This document shows positions 37,352-46,435 of a stretch of DNA of 64,000 bases, one piece after another. The notes below the pieces were generated by a model. The model had not been told where the DNA came from. It saw only the letters and a program-made list of their open reading frames with translations, and searched no databases. Both the position numbers and the translations under genes were made by a program. Every line of letters starts with the position of its first letter. Position 1 is the first letter of the stretch. Source of the DNA: a bacterium (lineage in GTDB: Bacteria > Patescibacteriota > Doudnabacteria > UBA920); contig CP064996.1 of the NCBI GenBank assembly GCA_016699995.1, forward strand, positions 74,357-138,356. The letters run 5' to 3'.

Positions 37352-38305
37352 ATGCTATCAGAACGCATCCTCTCCACAATTAAATTTTTCGACCTTCAAG
37401 ACTATCCGCTCACAAGCTTCGAAGTGTGGCGGTATTTAGTATCCGACTTGTCTGCTCTAAAGAGCCGGATCGACGGCACTTATGAGCTCCCGTTGGACCT
37501 TCCCGAAGGGACAGGCTCAGTAGTGCACTTCGACACTTTGCTGGCTAACCTCGATATCTTATGCAAGGAAGGCAAGCTGGTTTCTAAACATGGCTTCTAT
37601 GCATTGAATAAGGAGCAGGTTAATGGATCGGTTATTGTTAATTCCGGCGACACCAACCTAATTGATAAGCGTTTGCAAGCTTATCGTTATGGTTTGCGCA
37701 GAGAAAAATTAATGCGCAGATACATAGGGTTCACCCGACATCTGCCTTTTGTGCGGGGAATCAGCCTGGCCGGCTCCCAGGCGTTTGGGTTGCAGCGCCC
37801 GACCAGCGATATCGATCTGCTTATCATTACCGACTCAAGATTTATGTGGCTGGCTCGGATATTTTTGAGCGTGTATTTTCAGGTCTTGGGCGTGCGTCGC
37901 CATGGCAAAAAAATCATCAATCGGTTTTGCCTCAATCATTATATTGCCAATACCCGAGAGGTGGATGCCGAGCGCAATTTGTATAAGGCTATGGAGTACG
38001 CTAAGTTGCGCCCGCTGGTGTACCCGCAAACTACCCGGCAGTTTCAGAAGGCTAACGAAAAATGGATCAAGGTATTTTTCCCAAATGCAAACTTTAATAC
38101 AGACCTTCATGAGCCTCAATCAGTTGTGCAAGCTTTTTGGGAGTTGCTGCTGAATCATCGAGCCGGGTTGTGGTTGGAGCGACAATTGGGCCAGATTCAG
38201 CTGAAAAGGATTAAACAGGATAAATTTATTTTTGTGAAAGACGATGAACTTAGCTTTCATCCAGAAAGCAAACACGAAGCGTTGTTAAAAGGATTTTTTG
38301 GGTAG
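37352..38305 (+). CDS. Pol-beta-superfamily nucleotidyltransferase-domain protein of unknown specificity
   Basis: 'GISLAGSQAFGLQRPTSDIDLLIITD' fits the G[GS]-x(9-13)-[DE]h[DE]h NTase motif. It is flanked by N- and C-terminal ~130-aa regions of unknown fold. Confidence 0.6.
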   Translation: MLSERILSTIKFFDLQDYPLTSFEVWRYLVSDLSALKSRIDGTYELPLDLPEGTGSVVHFDTLLANLDILCKEGKLVSKHGFYALNKEQVNGSVIVNSGDTNLIDKRLQAYRYGLRREKLMRRYIGFTRHLPFVRGISLAGSQAFGLQRPTSDIDLLIITDSRFMWLARIFLSVYFQVLGVRRHGKKIINRFCLNHYIANTREVDAERNLYKAMEYAKLRPLVYPQTTRQFQKANEKWIKVFFPNANFNTDLHEPQSVVQAFWELLLNHRAGLWLERQLGQIQLKRIKQDKFIFVKDDELSFHPESKHEALLKGFFG

Positions 38306-38380
38306 GTCATTTGGGCAGTGGAGCAAAGCAAAATAAAAAGCCGCAACCAAATGGTTGCGGTTTTGTTTTGTACTATATTT

Positions 38381-38689
38381 TTATGCGTCACGATCATACG
38401 TGGCCCCTTCGGGCATATTCATGGTTTTAAGTTGCTTTAGCGTCACTATGCCAGCCATAGTGAGAATAGCTTGCAGGTAGCCCAGCCAGCGCATCGCTTT
38501 ACCATAGCGATCGGCTTCTATAAAGTTGGGGATTTCTTGCGCCATGTAGCTGGCATGGCTGAGCCATGCAGCTTTGTTCGCTTCTTGGTATTCGCCTAAG
38601 CCTTCGTCTGGCATTCTTGCCGGCGGGTACCGAGATTTAAGCATTTCTGCGTATTCCACGCTGATTGCGATGACCTTTTCTTTTTTCAT
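38381..38689 (-). CDS. Hypothetical protein
   Basis: 102-aa ORF followed by a terminator. No recognisable domain. Confidence 0.45.
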   Translation of the reverse strand: MKKEKVIAISVEYAEMLKSRYPPARMPDEGLGEYQEANKAAWLSHASYMAQEIPNFIEADRYGKAMRWLGYLQAILTMAGIVTLKQLKTMNMPEGATYDRDA

Positions 38690-38773
38690 GAGTCCTCCTA
38701 ACTTTATTTACAATACCACTGCTAAGATGGGAGTCAAATAAAAAACCGGCGGGAGAGCCTGCCGGTTTGAATC

Positions 38774-39568
38774 TTATGGTTTTGAGAATTCTACGTAGAG
38801 AATGATAGGGAAGCGATGCAGTCGGTATTGCAGATTGTAATTTTTGCTATCCTCAAGCGATTCGAGATCTTTCATGAATTCAAACTGGAAGCCAGCTTCT
38901 CTTAAATGATTGAGGTGCTCGGACAGTTTGTAAAAATAGCATTCCAAAGTTTTGTTGAAAGTGAAGCCGCGTTCCTCTTTGGCAAACCAGTGGTACGGAC
39001 GGAGTAGAAGCCGCGGGCGGCGCATTAGCAGGCGCCCAATAATGCCGCGTTTCCATACTCCAACCGGAAAGGCGTAATACGGGTTTACAAACGTTAACAT
39101 AAACTTGCCGCCTGGTTTGAGAATACGGCGCAGCTCGGTAAATGTTTTGACTTGGTCTTCTACATCGTGCGCAGCCATGCTCATGATGATAGAATCGAAT
39201 TCATTGTCGTTGTAGGGAAGGGTGTCGTTTAAGTCTCCGGCGGTAAATTTTAGGTTCGGGTATGTTTGCTTAGCGTGTTCTAAAAATGGCCCCGAAGCAT
39301 CAAGCGCTTCGATGTTCGCAAATTCAGCAGAGAGCTGGTCGGACAGCCAGCCCGGACCGCAGGCTGCGTCCAAGATTTTTTGATCTTTATTATTGCCAAG
39401 GCGGTTATAAAAACTTTCATGCAAGATTTTTCTAAAAAATTGCCCGTCTTCCGAGGCTAAAAACTCCAAGTAGTTTTGCGCGCCTTCTGGGTTGTCGTAA
39501 GATTCGCGCGAGGTTTTGAATTTCATATATGAGTAGTATATCAGATTGACAAATACCCTTGCATCCAA
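38774..39568 (-). CDS. Class I SAM-dependent methyltransferase (type 11-like). The start may be the internal Met at 39526.
   Basis: 'LDAACGPGWLS' is SAM-binding motif I and 'LKPGGKFMLT' is motif post-II. Confidence 0.75.
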   Translation of the reverse strand: MDARVFVNLIYYSYMKFKTSRESYDNPEGAQNYLEFLASEDGQFFRKILHESFYNRLGNNKDQKILDAACGPGWLSDQLSAEFANIEALDASGPFLEHAKQTYPNLKFTAGDLNDTLPYNDNEFDSIIMSMAAHDVEDQVKTFTELRRILKPGGKFMLTFVNPYYAFPVGVWKRGIIGRLLMRRPRLLLRPYHWFAKEERGFTFNKTLECYFYKLSEHLNHLREAGFQFEFMKDLESLEDSKNYNLQYRLHRFPIILYVEFSKP

Positions 39569-39606
39569 TATCCTACATGCAGAAAATACAAAATATTGGG
39601 GGAAAC

Positions 39607-40110
39607 ATGATTACAAAACTAAGGCTTATCCTGATGGTGCTGACTTTTATTGTTGGTCTGCTGGCTGCTTATTGCGGCTCCGACGATGATAATAGCAAGA
39701 ACTCTGACCTTCACAAGAAAATGGCGTTTGCTGTGCATGCCGAAAACAAGGCTGAATATGCCGGTTGGAAGCAGCTGCGTGCAGTGAATGCGACAGTAAC
39801 GCATTTTAAGATGGCCGTCTTGGACGCTAACGGCGAAATTATAGAAGCTTATACGTATGTTCTAACCGAGAGTGAGCAATCCTCCGGCTTGACAGTGTAT
39901 GCGACCGTTTCAAATTCCGATATTCAAAATATTTTTGAGATCGATGATGATGACCTTGATGGTAAGGTAGATGATTCTAGCGGTGTATTGGTAAATTTCC
40001 CAGGCCCTCAAGCAGAGGAAAGTTACAACAAGCGCATCGTACCGAATGCAGACGGCATGGCCGACGTTCAGGCGGCCTACGATACGGCTTTAGCTCTTTT
40101 ACCACAATAG
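39607..40110 (+). CDS. Secreted hypothetical protein
   Basis: RBS 'ttggggga' before the ATG. Signal peptide 'MITKLRLILMVLTFIVGLLAAYCGS'. Confidence 0.5.
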   Translation: MITKLRLILMVLTFIVGLLAAYCGSDDDNSKNSDLHKKMAFAVHAENKAEYAGWKQLRAVNATVTHFKMAVLDANGEIIEAYTYVLTESEQSSGLTVYATVSNSDIQNIFEIDDDDLDGKVDDSSGVLVNFPGPQAEESYNKRIVPNADGMADVQAAYDTALALLPQ

Positions 40111-40153
40111 CGAGTTTAACCAGCTTGCTTTGACTTCTAAGAAGGAGGTAAAT

Positions 40154-40516
40154 ATGAAAAAACTAATCGCTATTTTACTGACATCATTTTGTATACTGGC
40201 ATTATCCCCACAAATCGTAGGGGCTCAATCGGCCGATAAGTCTGTGAGAGAGGAGTCAGTCAATCTGGTTTCTGTGAAGGGGCGAGTCTTTACCCCACGC
40301 GGGAAAGCTCTTCGGAGCGCTACAGTTGTTCTTACAGATGCAGAGCAAAACCGTCGGACAGTGACTACCAACAGACTGGGAGCATTTACGTTCTATAAGG
40401 TACCAGCTGATCAAACCTACGTGATAGGAGTGGCTGGGACACCTTATCGTTTCACGTCGAGGGTGATCAATGTGACCAGTAAGCTCTCAGGTCTTGTCTT
40501 TAGAGGCGTGGATTAA
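40154..40516 (+). CDS. Secreted protein with a carboxypeptidase-regulatory-like (Ig-like beta-sandwich) domain
   Basis: RBS GAAGGAGG. Signal peptide. 'VKGRVFTPRGKALRSATVVLTD...TNRLGAFTF'. Confidence 0.55.
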   Translation: MKKLIAILLTSFCILALSPQIVGAQSADKSVREESVNLVSVKGRVFTPRGKALRSATVVLTDAEQNRRTVTTNRLGAFTFYKVPADQTYVIGVAGTPYRFTSRVINVTSKLSGLVFRGVD

Positions 40517-40558
40517 TTCACAAAATTAAATTTTCAGACCTGGTAACGTTTTTAAGTT

Positions 40559-40585
40559 TTAGCACTCACTTGACAAGAGTGCTAT
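40559..40585 (+). promoter_or_regulatory. CIRCE operator (HrcA binding site) overlapping the groES promoter
   Basis: TTAGCACTC-N9-GAGTGCTAT is a perfect CIRCE inverted repeat. -35 TTGACA is at 40570-40575 and -10 TATAAT at 40592-40597. Confidence 0.88.
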
Positions 40586-40671
40586 TTTTTTTATAATGGA
40601 TATTGAGGTCCTATGATACCTTTTCTTAACCACACATTTTATATACAATTAATTATCATTAATAGACTTGT

Positions 40672-40980
40672 ATGAATATCAAACCTTTAGGAAATCGCGT
40701 TTTGGTCAAGCAATTATCAGTCGAAGAGGTGACTGCCTCTGGTATAGTTCTGCCGGCCAGTGAAGGCAAAGAGAAGCCAAATCAAGGCGTAGTTATTGCT
40801 GTAGGCGATGGCAAGCATATCTCCGAATGCGGAATCAAAGTCGGCGACAAAATCGTCTTTAACGGCTATGGGATCGCCGAAGTAGAAGTTCCAGGGGAAT
40901 CTGGCGGCAAAGCTGAGAAGTACAAAATTGTTTACGTGGCAGAAGACGAAGATTCACAAGCTGTTGCGATTATTAATTAA
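40672..40980 (+). CDS. groES: Co-chaperonin GroES
   Basis: 'IKPLGNRVLVK...ASGIVLP...GKEKPNQGVVIAVG' mobile-loop/GroES fold. Confidence 0.95.
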   Translation: MNIKPLGNRVLVKQLSVEEVTASGIVLPASEGKEKPNQGVVIAVGDGKHISECGIKVGDKIVFNGYGIAEVEVPGESGGKAEKYKIVYVAEDEDSQAVAIIN

Positions 40981-40992
40981 TATATTTTGAAG

Positions 40993-41093
40993 CGCAGAAT
41001 AGTTTCTCACAGTCGCTGAACTGCTACGCCAGCCTCGCCCAAAGCCTTGGGCGGCTGGCTGTGCAGTGAGGCTCCTTTAGAAAAACTATTCTG
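40993..41093 (+). repeat. Long GC-rich imperfect palindrome/stem-loop in the groES-groEL spacer
   Basis: Outer stem 'gcagaatagtttct' pairs with 'agaaaaactattctg'. Inner hairpin 'gccagcctcgcccaaagccttgggcggctggc' at 41028-41059. Confidence 0.45.
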
Positions 41094-41118
41094 AACTTCT
41101 AAAAAGGATTAAGTTATT

Positions 41119-42795
41119 ATGGCAAAACTGATTAAGACTGGCCTAGAAGCCAAGAAAGCAATTAAAGAAGGCGTGGATATCGCCGCAAACGCTATCAAAG
41201 TAACTCTCGGCCCGACAGGTAAAGCGGTGATTTTAGAGCGCGGCTATGGCAGTCCGACGATTTCCGATGATGGCGTGACTGTGGCAAAAGATATCGAACT
41301 GGAAGACAAGTTTCAGAATATCGGCGTTGAGCTCATTAAGGAAGTCGCCAACAAGACTAACGAAGACGCCGGCGACGGAACAACCACAGCTACCGTCTTA
41401 GCTCAGAAGATGATCGAAGAAGCGTTTACAGAGTTAGAGCGCAACACATTTAAAGCCAACGATCTCAAGCGCGGCATGGACAAGGCTGTGAAGTTTGTAG
41501 TGGAAGAACTGAGTAAAGCTAAAAAAGAAGTTACCAGCCGCGAAGGCATCGAACAGGTGGCGACCATCTCTTCTTTGGATTCCGAAGTGGGCAAGCTTAT
41601 TGCCGAAGCTATGGAAGAAGTCGGCAACGACGGCGTTATTACCGTAGAAGAAGGTCAAAGCATTGGCTTAGAAAAAGAAGTGGTAAAAGGTATGCGCTTT
41701 GACCGCGGTTTCGTGTCTGGCTACATGGTGACCAACACCGAGCGCATGGAAGCAGTGTGGGACGATCCGTACATATTAGTTACTGATAAGAAGATCTCCA
41801 GCGTGCAGGAAGTTTTACCTCTACTAGAAAAAATCGCTCAGACAGGTAAAAAAGATTTGGTGATTATTGCGGACGAAGTAGAAGGAGAAGCCCTGACTAC
41901 TTTTGTACTCAATAAGCTTCGCGGTACTTTCAATGTTTTGGCAGTGAAAGCTCCTGGCTTTGGCGACCGCCGCAAGGAACAGTTGGTAGACATAGCGGTT
42001 TTAACCGGAGGGCAGGTTATAACCGACGAACTCGGCTTGAAATTGGATACTACCGAAATTGGCCAATTGGGCCGTGCTAGAAAAGTCGTCGCAACCAAGG
42101 AATACACCACTATCGTGGATGGCGCCGGCGACAAAGAAAAAATCGACCAGCGTGTTAAGGAAATTTCTGCAGCGATTGGTGAGGCAAAATTCGACAGCGA
42201 CAAAGAACAGCTGCAAAAGAGAATTGCCCGCTTGGTTGGCGGCATCGGCGTCATTAAAGTCGGCGCGTTTACGGAAACCGAGATGAAAGCCAAAAAATTT
42301 AAAATCGAAGATGCTTTAAACGCTACCCGTGCTGCAGTGGAAGAGGGGATCGTTGCCGGAGGCGGAGCGGCGCTGGCTAAAGCTGCGCCGGCTCTGGAGC
42401 AGGCCATTTCTAACTCCGATTACTTCCAGGAAAATGAAAAGCGCGGCGCTATGATTGTTGCTAAGTCTTTGACTGCGCCGATTCGCCAGATTGCAGAAAA
42501 CGCTGGCGCAGAACCGACCGGGATTATCAAGTTCGTACAGACATCAGGTAACAATGCCGGTTTCGACTTTGCTAGTTATGACGAGATGAAATGGGAGCAG
42601 GGCAAGAAGGACGATATGATCGCCAGTGGAATCGTGGATCCGGTAAAGGTTACCCGCTTAGCACTAGAGAACGCGGTGTCTATCGCATCTACTCTGGTTA
42701 CCACCGAAACGATTATCGTAGAAAAGCCGGAACCTAAAAGCGCCCCAGAAATGCCGGCCGGCATGGGCGGCGGGATGGGGGGAATGGGATTCTAG
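41119..42795 (+). CDS. groEL: Chaperonin GroEL
   Basis: 'AGDGTTTATVLA', the ATP-binding motifs and a C-terminal GGM-repeat tail 'MGGGMGGMGF'. Confidence 0.97.
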   Translation: MAKLIKTGLEAKKAIKEGVDIAANAIKVTLGPTGKAVILERGYGSPTISDDGVTVAKDIELEDKFQNIGVELIKEVANKTNEDAGDGTTTATVLAQKMIEEAFTELERNTFKANDLKRGMDKAVKFVVEELSKAKKEVTSREGIEQVATISSLDSEVGKLIAEAMEEVGNDGVITVEEGQSIGLEKEVVKGMRFDRGFVSGYMVTNTERMEAVWDDPYILVTDKKISSVQEVLPLLEKIAQTGKKDLVIIADEVEGEALTTFVLNKLRGTFNVLAVKAPGFGDRRKEQLVDIAVLTGGQVITDELGLKLDTTEIGQLGRARKVVATKEYTTIVDGAGDKEKIDQRVKEISAAIGEAKFDSDKEQLQKRIARLVGGIGVIKVGAFTETEMKAKKFKIEDALNATRAAVEEGIVAGGGAALAKAAPALEQAISNSDYFQENEKRGAMIVAKSLTAPIRQIAENAGAEPTGIIKFVQTSGNNAGFDFASYDEMKWEQGKKDDMIASGIVDPVKVTRLALENAVSIASTLVTTETIIVEKPEPKSAPEMPAGMGGGMGGMGF

Positions 42796-42906
42796 TCTCT
42801 CCTCGCAAAACATTTATTTTCCAAAAACTAAAAAAGCGCCACTACGGCGCTTTTTATTTTTGCAAATAATTTATGCTAGTATTACAAAGTATTTTTAGGA
42901 GGAGCT

Positions 42907-44316
42907 ATGATTGAAAACGATAGAAACTTAGGCGAGAAATGCGGCGTGTTCGGCATTTATGGTCCAGGTTTGGACGTAAGCCGATTGACTTTTTTTGGCC
43001 TGGCTCTCTTGCAGCATCGCGGTCAGGAAAGCAGCGGCATTGCTGTTACAGACGGAACCGAGATCGACTGCCATAAGGATGAAGGCTTGGTCAACAAGGT
43101 TTATAACGAGCGAATCATCAAAAGCATGCGCGGCTTCGCCGCCATTGGCCATAATCGCTATTCAACTTCTGGTGGATCGTTTGCGCATCATGCCCAGCCG
43201 ATTGTGGTTAATAACCAGATCGCTTTGGCTCATAACGGCAACTTGCCTTCGGTAACTGCTTTAACAAATTTTTTGAAAGAAGCCGGGCAGGATACTAGCG
43301 GTTGTTCAGACTCGGAACTCATGGCTTTAGCTGTCTCTCATCAGCTAAATTCTGGAAAATCATTCCCCGAAGCAATACAAGCAGTTTGGCCTTTATTCAC
43401 TGGGGCCTTTTCGGTAACTGGCTTAACTAAGAAGAGCTTGTTTGCTTTTCGCGATCATTGCGGCATTCGTCCCTTGGTAATAGGGAAGGTAGACCAGGCC
43501 TACGTGGTCGCGTCAGAAACCTGTGCATTTAATATTATCGGTGCTAAATTTGTGCGCGAAGTTGTTCCAGGGGAGTTGGTGATCATCAACAGCCAGGGTC
43601 TGCATTCGTTTCAGATTCAAAAACCAGATCCTAAAGTAGATATCTTTGAGTTTGTTTACTTTGCTCGGCCGGACAGTGTCATCAACGGCAAGTCTGTGTA
43701 TGCAGTTCGCAGTAATAGCGGCATCGAATTGGCCAAAGAGTTCCCGTTAGACGTGGATTTGGTGGTGCCGGTTCCCGAAACAGCTATCCCAACTGCTACA
43801 TCTTATGCACGGGCTTTAAATTTGCCCTTCGAAATGGCTTTGGTTAAGAACCGTTATGTGCACAGAACTTTCATTCAGCCGGATGAACATACCCGTTCTC
43901 TCGGCGTGAGGATGAAGCTTTCGCCGCTGCCGGATTTGCTAGTCGGAAAGAAGGTTGCGATTATCGATGATTCGATTGTGCGCGGCACTACTTCTAAAGA
44001 GCTGGTTAAAGCGCTGTTCGAAGCGGGTAGCAAGGAAGTGCACATGCTGGTCAGTTCGCCGCCGGTTAAGTTCCCGGATTTTTACGGCATCGACACTCCA
44101 AGCTCTAAAAAGCTCATTGCGGTAGGCAGGACAGTCGAAGAGGTGCGCCAGCATATCGGCGCCACTTCGCTTAACTATTTGTCTTTACAAGGACTGATCA
44201 AAGCCACTGGCCTGGAGGAAAGCGAGTTGTGTCTTTCCTGCTTTACCGGGGACTATCCTATAGATTTGCACGAACGCATGGCGGACATAATCCAAATCAA
44301 AGCCGCGGTCAAATAA
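42907..44316 (+). CDS. purF: Amidophosphoribosyltransferase (glutamine PRPP amidotransferase)
   Basis: N-terminal nucleophile 'CGVFGIYG' after a short propeptide, a class-II GATase domain and the PRTase motif 'VAIIDDSIVRGTT'. Confidence 0.88.
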   Translation: MIENDRNLGEKCGVFGIYGPGLDVSRLTFFGLALLQHRGQESSGIAVTDGTEIDCHKDEGLVNKVYNERIIKSMRGFAAIGHNRYSTSGGSFAHHAQPIVVNNQIALAHNGNLPSVTALTNFLKEAGQDTSGCSDSELMALAVSHQLNSGKSFPEAIQAVWPLFTGAFSVTGLTKKSLFAFRDHCGIRPLVIGKVDQAYVVASETCAFNIIGAKFVREVVPGELVIINSQGLHSFQIQKPDPKVDIFEFVYFARPDSVINGKSVYAVRSNSGIELAKEFPLDVDLVVPVPETAIPTATSYARALNLPFEMALVKNRYVHRTFIQPDEHTRSLGVRMKLSPLPDLLVGKKVAIIDDSIVRGTTSKELVKALFEAGSKEVHMLVSSPPVKFPDFYGIDTPSSKKLIAVGRTVEEVRQHIGATSLNYLSLQGLIKATGLEESELCLSCFTGDYPIDLHERMADIIQIKAAVK

Positions 44317-44367
44317 CCTTCAATAATTTAAGTTTCATCAATATAAGTTTCAATAATAAAAGACGTT

Positions 44368-44688
44368 CTAAAATGAACGTCTTCTTTTATTGCCAAAACG
44401 GGTGTCCCGCTTTTTAGACTTTGGGTATTGGTCGGAAACTTTTCGGGAAAACTTCTGAGGTATTTGCTTGTTCGGCAGCCGGAGCTTTTCTTGCGGGAGA
44501 GGGTTAACTACAAGCTGCTGAATTCGATGAGGATTGATGTCATCCAGGATATTGTCTGGTAATTCATCTAGCGCCACGATCACGACTTTGAGTCCGGTTT
44601 CCGCTTCTATTACTCTCTGGAGCAAAGGAGGCGAGCATCCGATCAGTATAATTTGGGGTTTTTCTGGGTTTTCTTCTTCCAATTCCAC
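44368..44688 (-). CDS. Hypothetical protein, GTG start
   Basis: AAGGAGG RBS 9 nt upstream of the GTG start. 106 aa with a basic C-terminus. Confidence 0.5.
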   Translation of the reverse strand: MELEEENPEKPQIILIGCSPPLLQRVIEAETGLKVVIVALDELPDNILDDINPHRIQQLVVNPLPQEKLRLPNKQIPQKFSRKVSDQYPKSKKRDTRFGNKRRRSF

Positions 44689-44711
44689 TTATTTTAGCCT
44701 CCTTTTAAGTG

Positions 44712-44740
44712 TTGACAAAACAGTATACATCAGGTAATAT
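44712..44740 (+). promoter_or_regulatory. Sigma70 promoter of the candidate sRNA
   Basis: TTGACA-N17-TAATAT. Confidence 0.55.
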
Positions 44741-44746
44741 TATTTG

Positions 44747-44943
44747 TCGAGCCTTATAGGGTCGGGTAAACCCGCATTTTATATTGGATCGCTATTACTC
44801 TAAATTTAAAAGAGACTCATGCTCCTGATTTCGGTTACTCGGATTGGGGGCTCTAATTAAAACCCCAAAAGAATACCTGTTCACTAGTCCTCGCCGCTGT
44901 GCGGCTGCGGAGTTGTTCACAGCTATCCTTTTGGGGTTTTATT
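44747..44943 (+). ncRNA. Candidate ~195-nt small RNA with its own promoter and a 13-bp closing stem plus U-tract terminator
   Basis: No ORF. Internal hairpins include 'cgggtaaacccg' and 'gccgctgtgcggc'. The terminal helix 'aaaaccccaaaag' pairs with 'cttttggggtttt' and is followed by 'ttttatt'. A separate promoter, TTGCTA-N16-TATAAT, serves the gene at 45021. Confidence 0.4.
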
Positions 44944-45020
44944 AATAGATGTTGCTAAAACCATTCCATACCGTATAATTAGAGTAGTTAACGAGTACAA
45001 AATACATAAGGAGGCAGGAT

Positions 45021-45701
45021 ATGAGATACATATTTTTTCTGGTTACTATTTTTTTGGCTGTCGCTTACTTGCCTCTGAATGTAGAGGCACAGAAACGAAC
45101 CAGTAAGCCTAAGGTAAAGAAGCCTACCGCTTCTAATAAGAGTTCAGCTAAACGGGCAAAGAGACCGATCGTCCGAAAAACAGTTGCAAGCAAAAAAGCT
45201 GTACCCATGCCTAAGCCGAGCAACCCGTTAGTTTCCGCTTTTTTGAAGTCGGGGACGGCCACTATCGTACCCCAGTGCATCGAGGGTAATCGAGTGGTGT
45301 GGACGATCTATTTTGTTCAGTTGTTTGAACAGTCTATAAGGCTGTTCGAAGGCTCACTAGAGGCGTTTAGGAAAGATGTGGTGCTGGAGCCGTTGGTTGC
45401 TGGCAATGCGCTGAATGGTGCGTCTAAGGATCCTAGGTGGGGCAAGAATTTTCAGAATGAAAGAGATCTGAAGCTCGCCCAGACTTTGCAAAAGGAGTTT
45501 CAACCGACCGAAATGGAGTTTTATCCTAAACTGCCGCAGACAGCTTTAAGCCAGATTGTGATAGTAAAGGATAGCCCTTGGGATCAGTTGAGTATCCGCA
45601 AGACCCATCAGATCATCAAGGATCACTTCGGTCCCGGCGTTCCCACTAATTTTGTATCAGAATGTCTATTTTTGGAATCCGGCCAGGATTCTACCAGTTA
45701 A
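45021..45701 (+). CDS. Secreted hypothetical protein with a Lys-rich N-terminal region
   Basis: RBS AAGGAGG. Signal peptide 'MRYIFFLVTIFLAVAYLPLNVEA'. Confidence 0.55.
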   Translation: MRYIFFLVTIFLAVAYLPLNVEAQKRTSKPKVKKPTASNKSSAKRAKRPIVRKTVASKKAVPMPKPSNPLVSAFLKSGTATIVPQCIEGNRVVWTIYFVQLFEQSIRLFEGSLEAFRKDVVLEPLVAGNALNGASKDPRWGKNFQNERDLKLAQTLQKEFQPTEMEFYPKLPQTALSQIVIVKDSPWDQLSIRKTHQIIKDHFGPGVPTNFVSECLFLESGQDSTS

Positions 45702-45884
45702 GCCAGTCGTGCTCCCATAAGGAGACACGGCAGGCGGAGCCAGCAGATCACTTTTCCCTGCTGGCTCTTTAATTTTGTGTTATTTTGCCATCTTGACGAA
45801 TACAGCCTTTTTATATATAATTATCCCATTGGCTGCTCGTAATGTTTCGACGGCTACAGTAAACAACATTATTTTCAATATTTT

Positions 45885-46052
45885 ATGGGAGTTCCAAAAA
45901 AGCATAAAACCCGCAGCGGCCGTGACCAGCGTCGCAGCCACCATGCGATTAAAGCAGCTAACCTAGCAAAATGCGCGAACTGCGGCAGCCCGACAATGCC
46001 TCACCATGCGTGCCCTAACTGCGGCTTCTACAAAGGTCGCAAAGCAGTTTAG
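45885..46052 (+). CDS. rpmF: 50S ribosomal protein L32
   Basis: 55-aa product 'MGVPKKHKTRSGRDQRRSHH...CANCGSP...CPNCGFYKGRK' with the C4 zinc ribbon typical of L32. It is absent from the ORF track because it is shorter than 60 aa. Confidence 0.85.
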   Translation: MGVPKKHKTRSGRDQRRSHHAIKAANLAKCANCGSPTMPHHACPNCGFYKGRKAV

Positions 46053-46164
46053 CCACTATGTTTAAGCAAGCAGCAACCCTTGACTAAGGGTTGTTTTTGT
46101 TATATAATTGGATGTTTCCTGTTGCATTGAGTTGTGAACGGGATAAAAAATTAGGAGGAACGAT

Positions 46165-46380
46165 ATGAACAAGTTTAAATTTTTTCTTGTCGTGCTCGGA
46201 ATATCTGTAGCTAATGTGTGGGCTGTGTTTTTTTCTCCCGTCAAAATAGGGGAGGAAGTATCGTTAGTAGCCACCATAGTAGTGGCGACCGGCGTATCCT
46301 TGGCATTGATTTTTACCGCATATATGTTGTCGTGCGCTTACCGGGACCGCGAACAGCGCCGCGGTCGAAAAGATTATTAG
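46165..46380 (+). CDS. Small membrane protein
   Basis: AGGAGG RBS. Two hydrophobic helices. A terminator follows at 46377-46408. Confidence 0.45.
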   Translation: MNKFKFFLVVLGISVANVWAVFFSPVKIGEEVSLVATIVVATGVSLALIFTAYMLSCAYRDREQRRGRKDY

Positions 46381-46435
46381 CTCGCTATTGCAGCGAGCTT
46401 TTTTATTTCTTTCATTTCCGCTAAAATACCCGTAT

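Noticed and set aside
45775-45966. 63-aa track ORF upstream of and overlapping rpmF
   Set aside because: It is in a different frame from the clearly recognisable L32 gene (45885-46052) and has no RBS. It is spurious.
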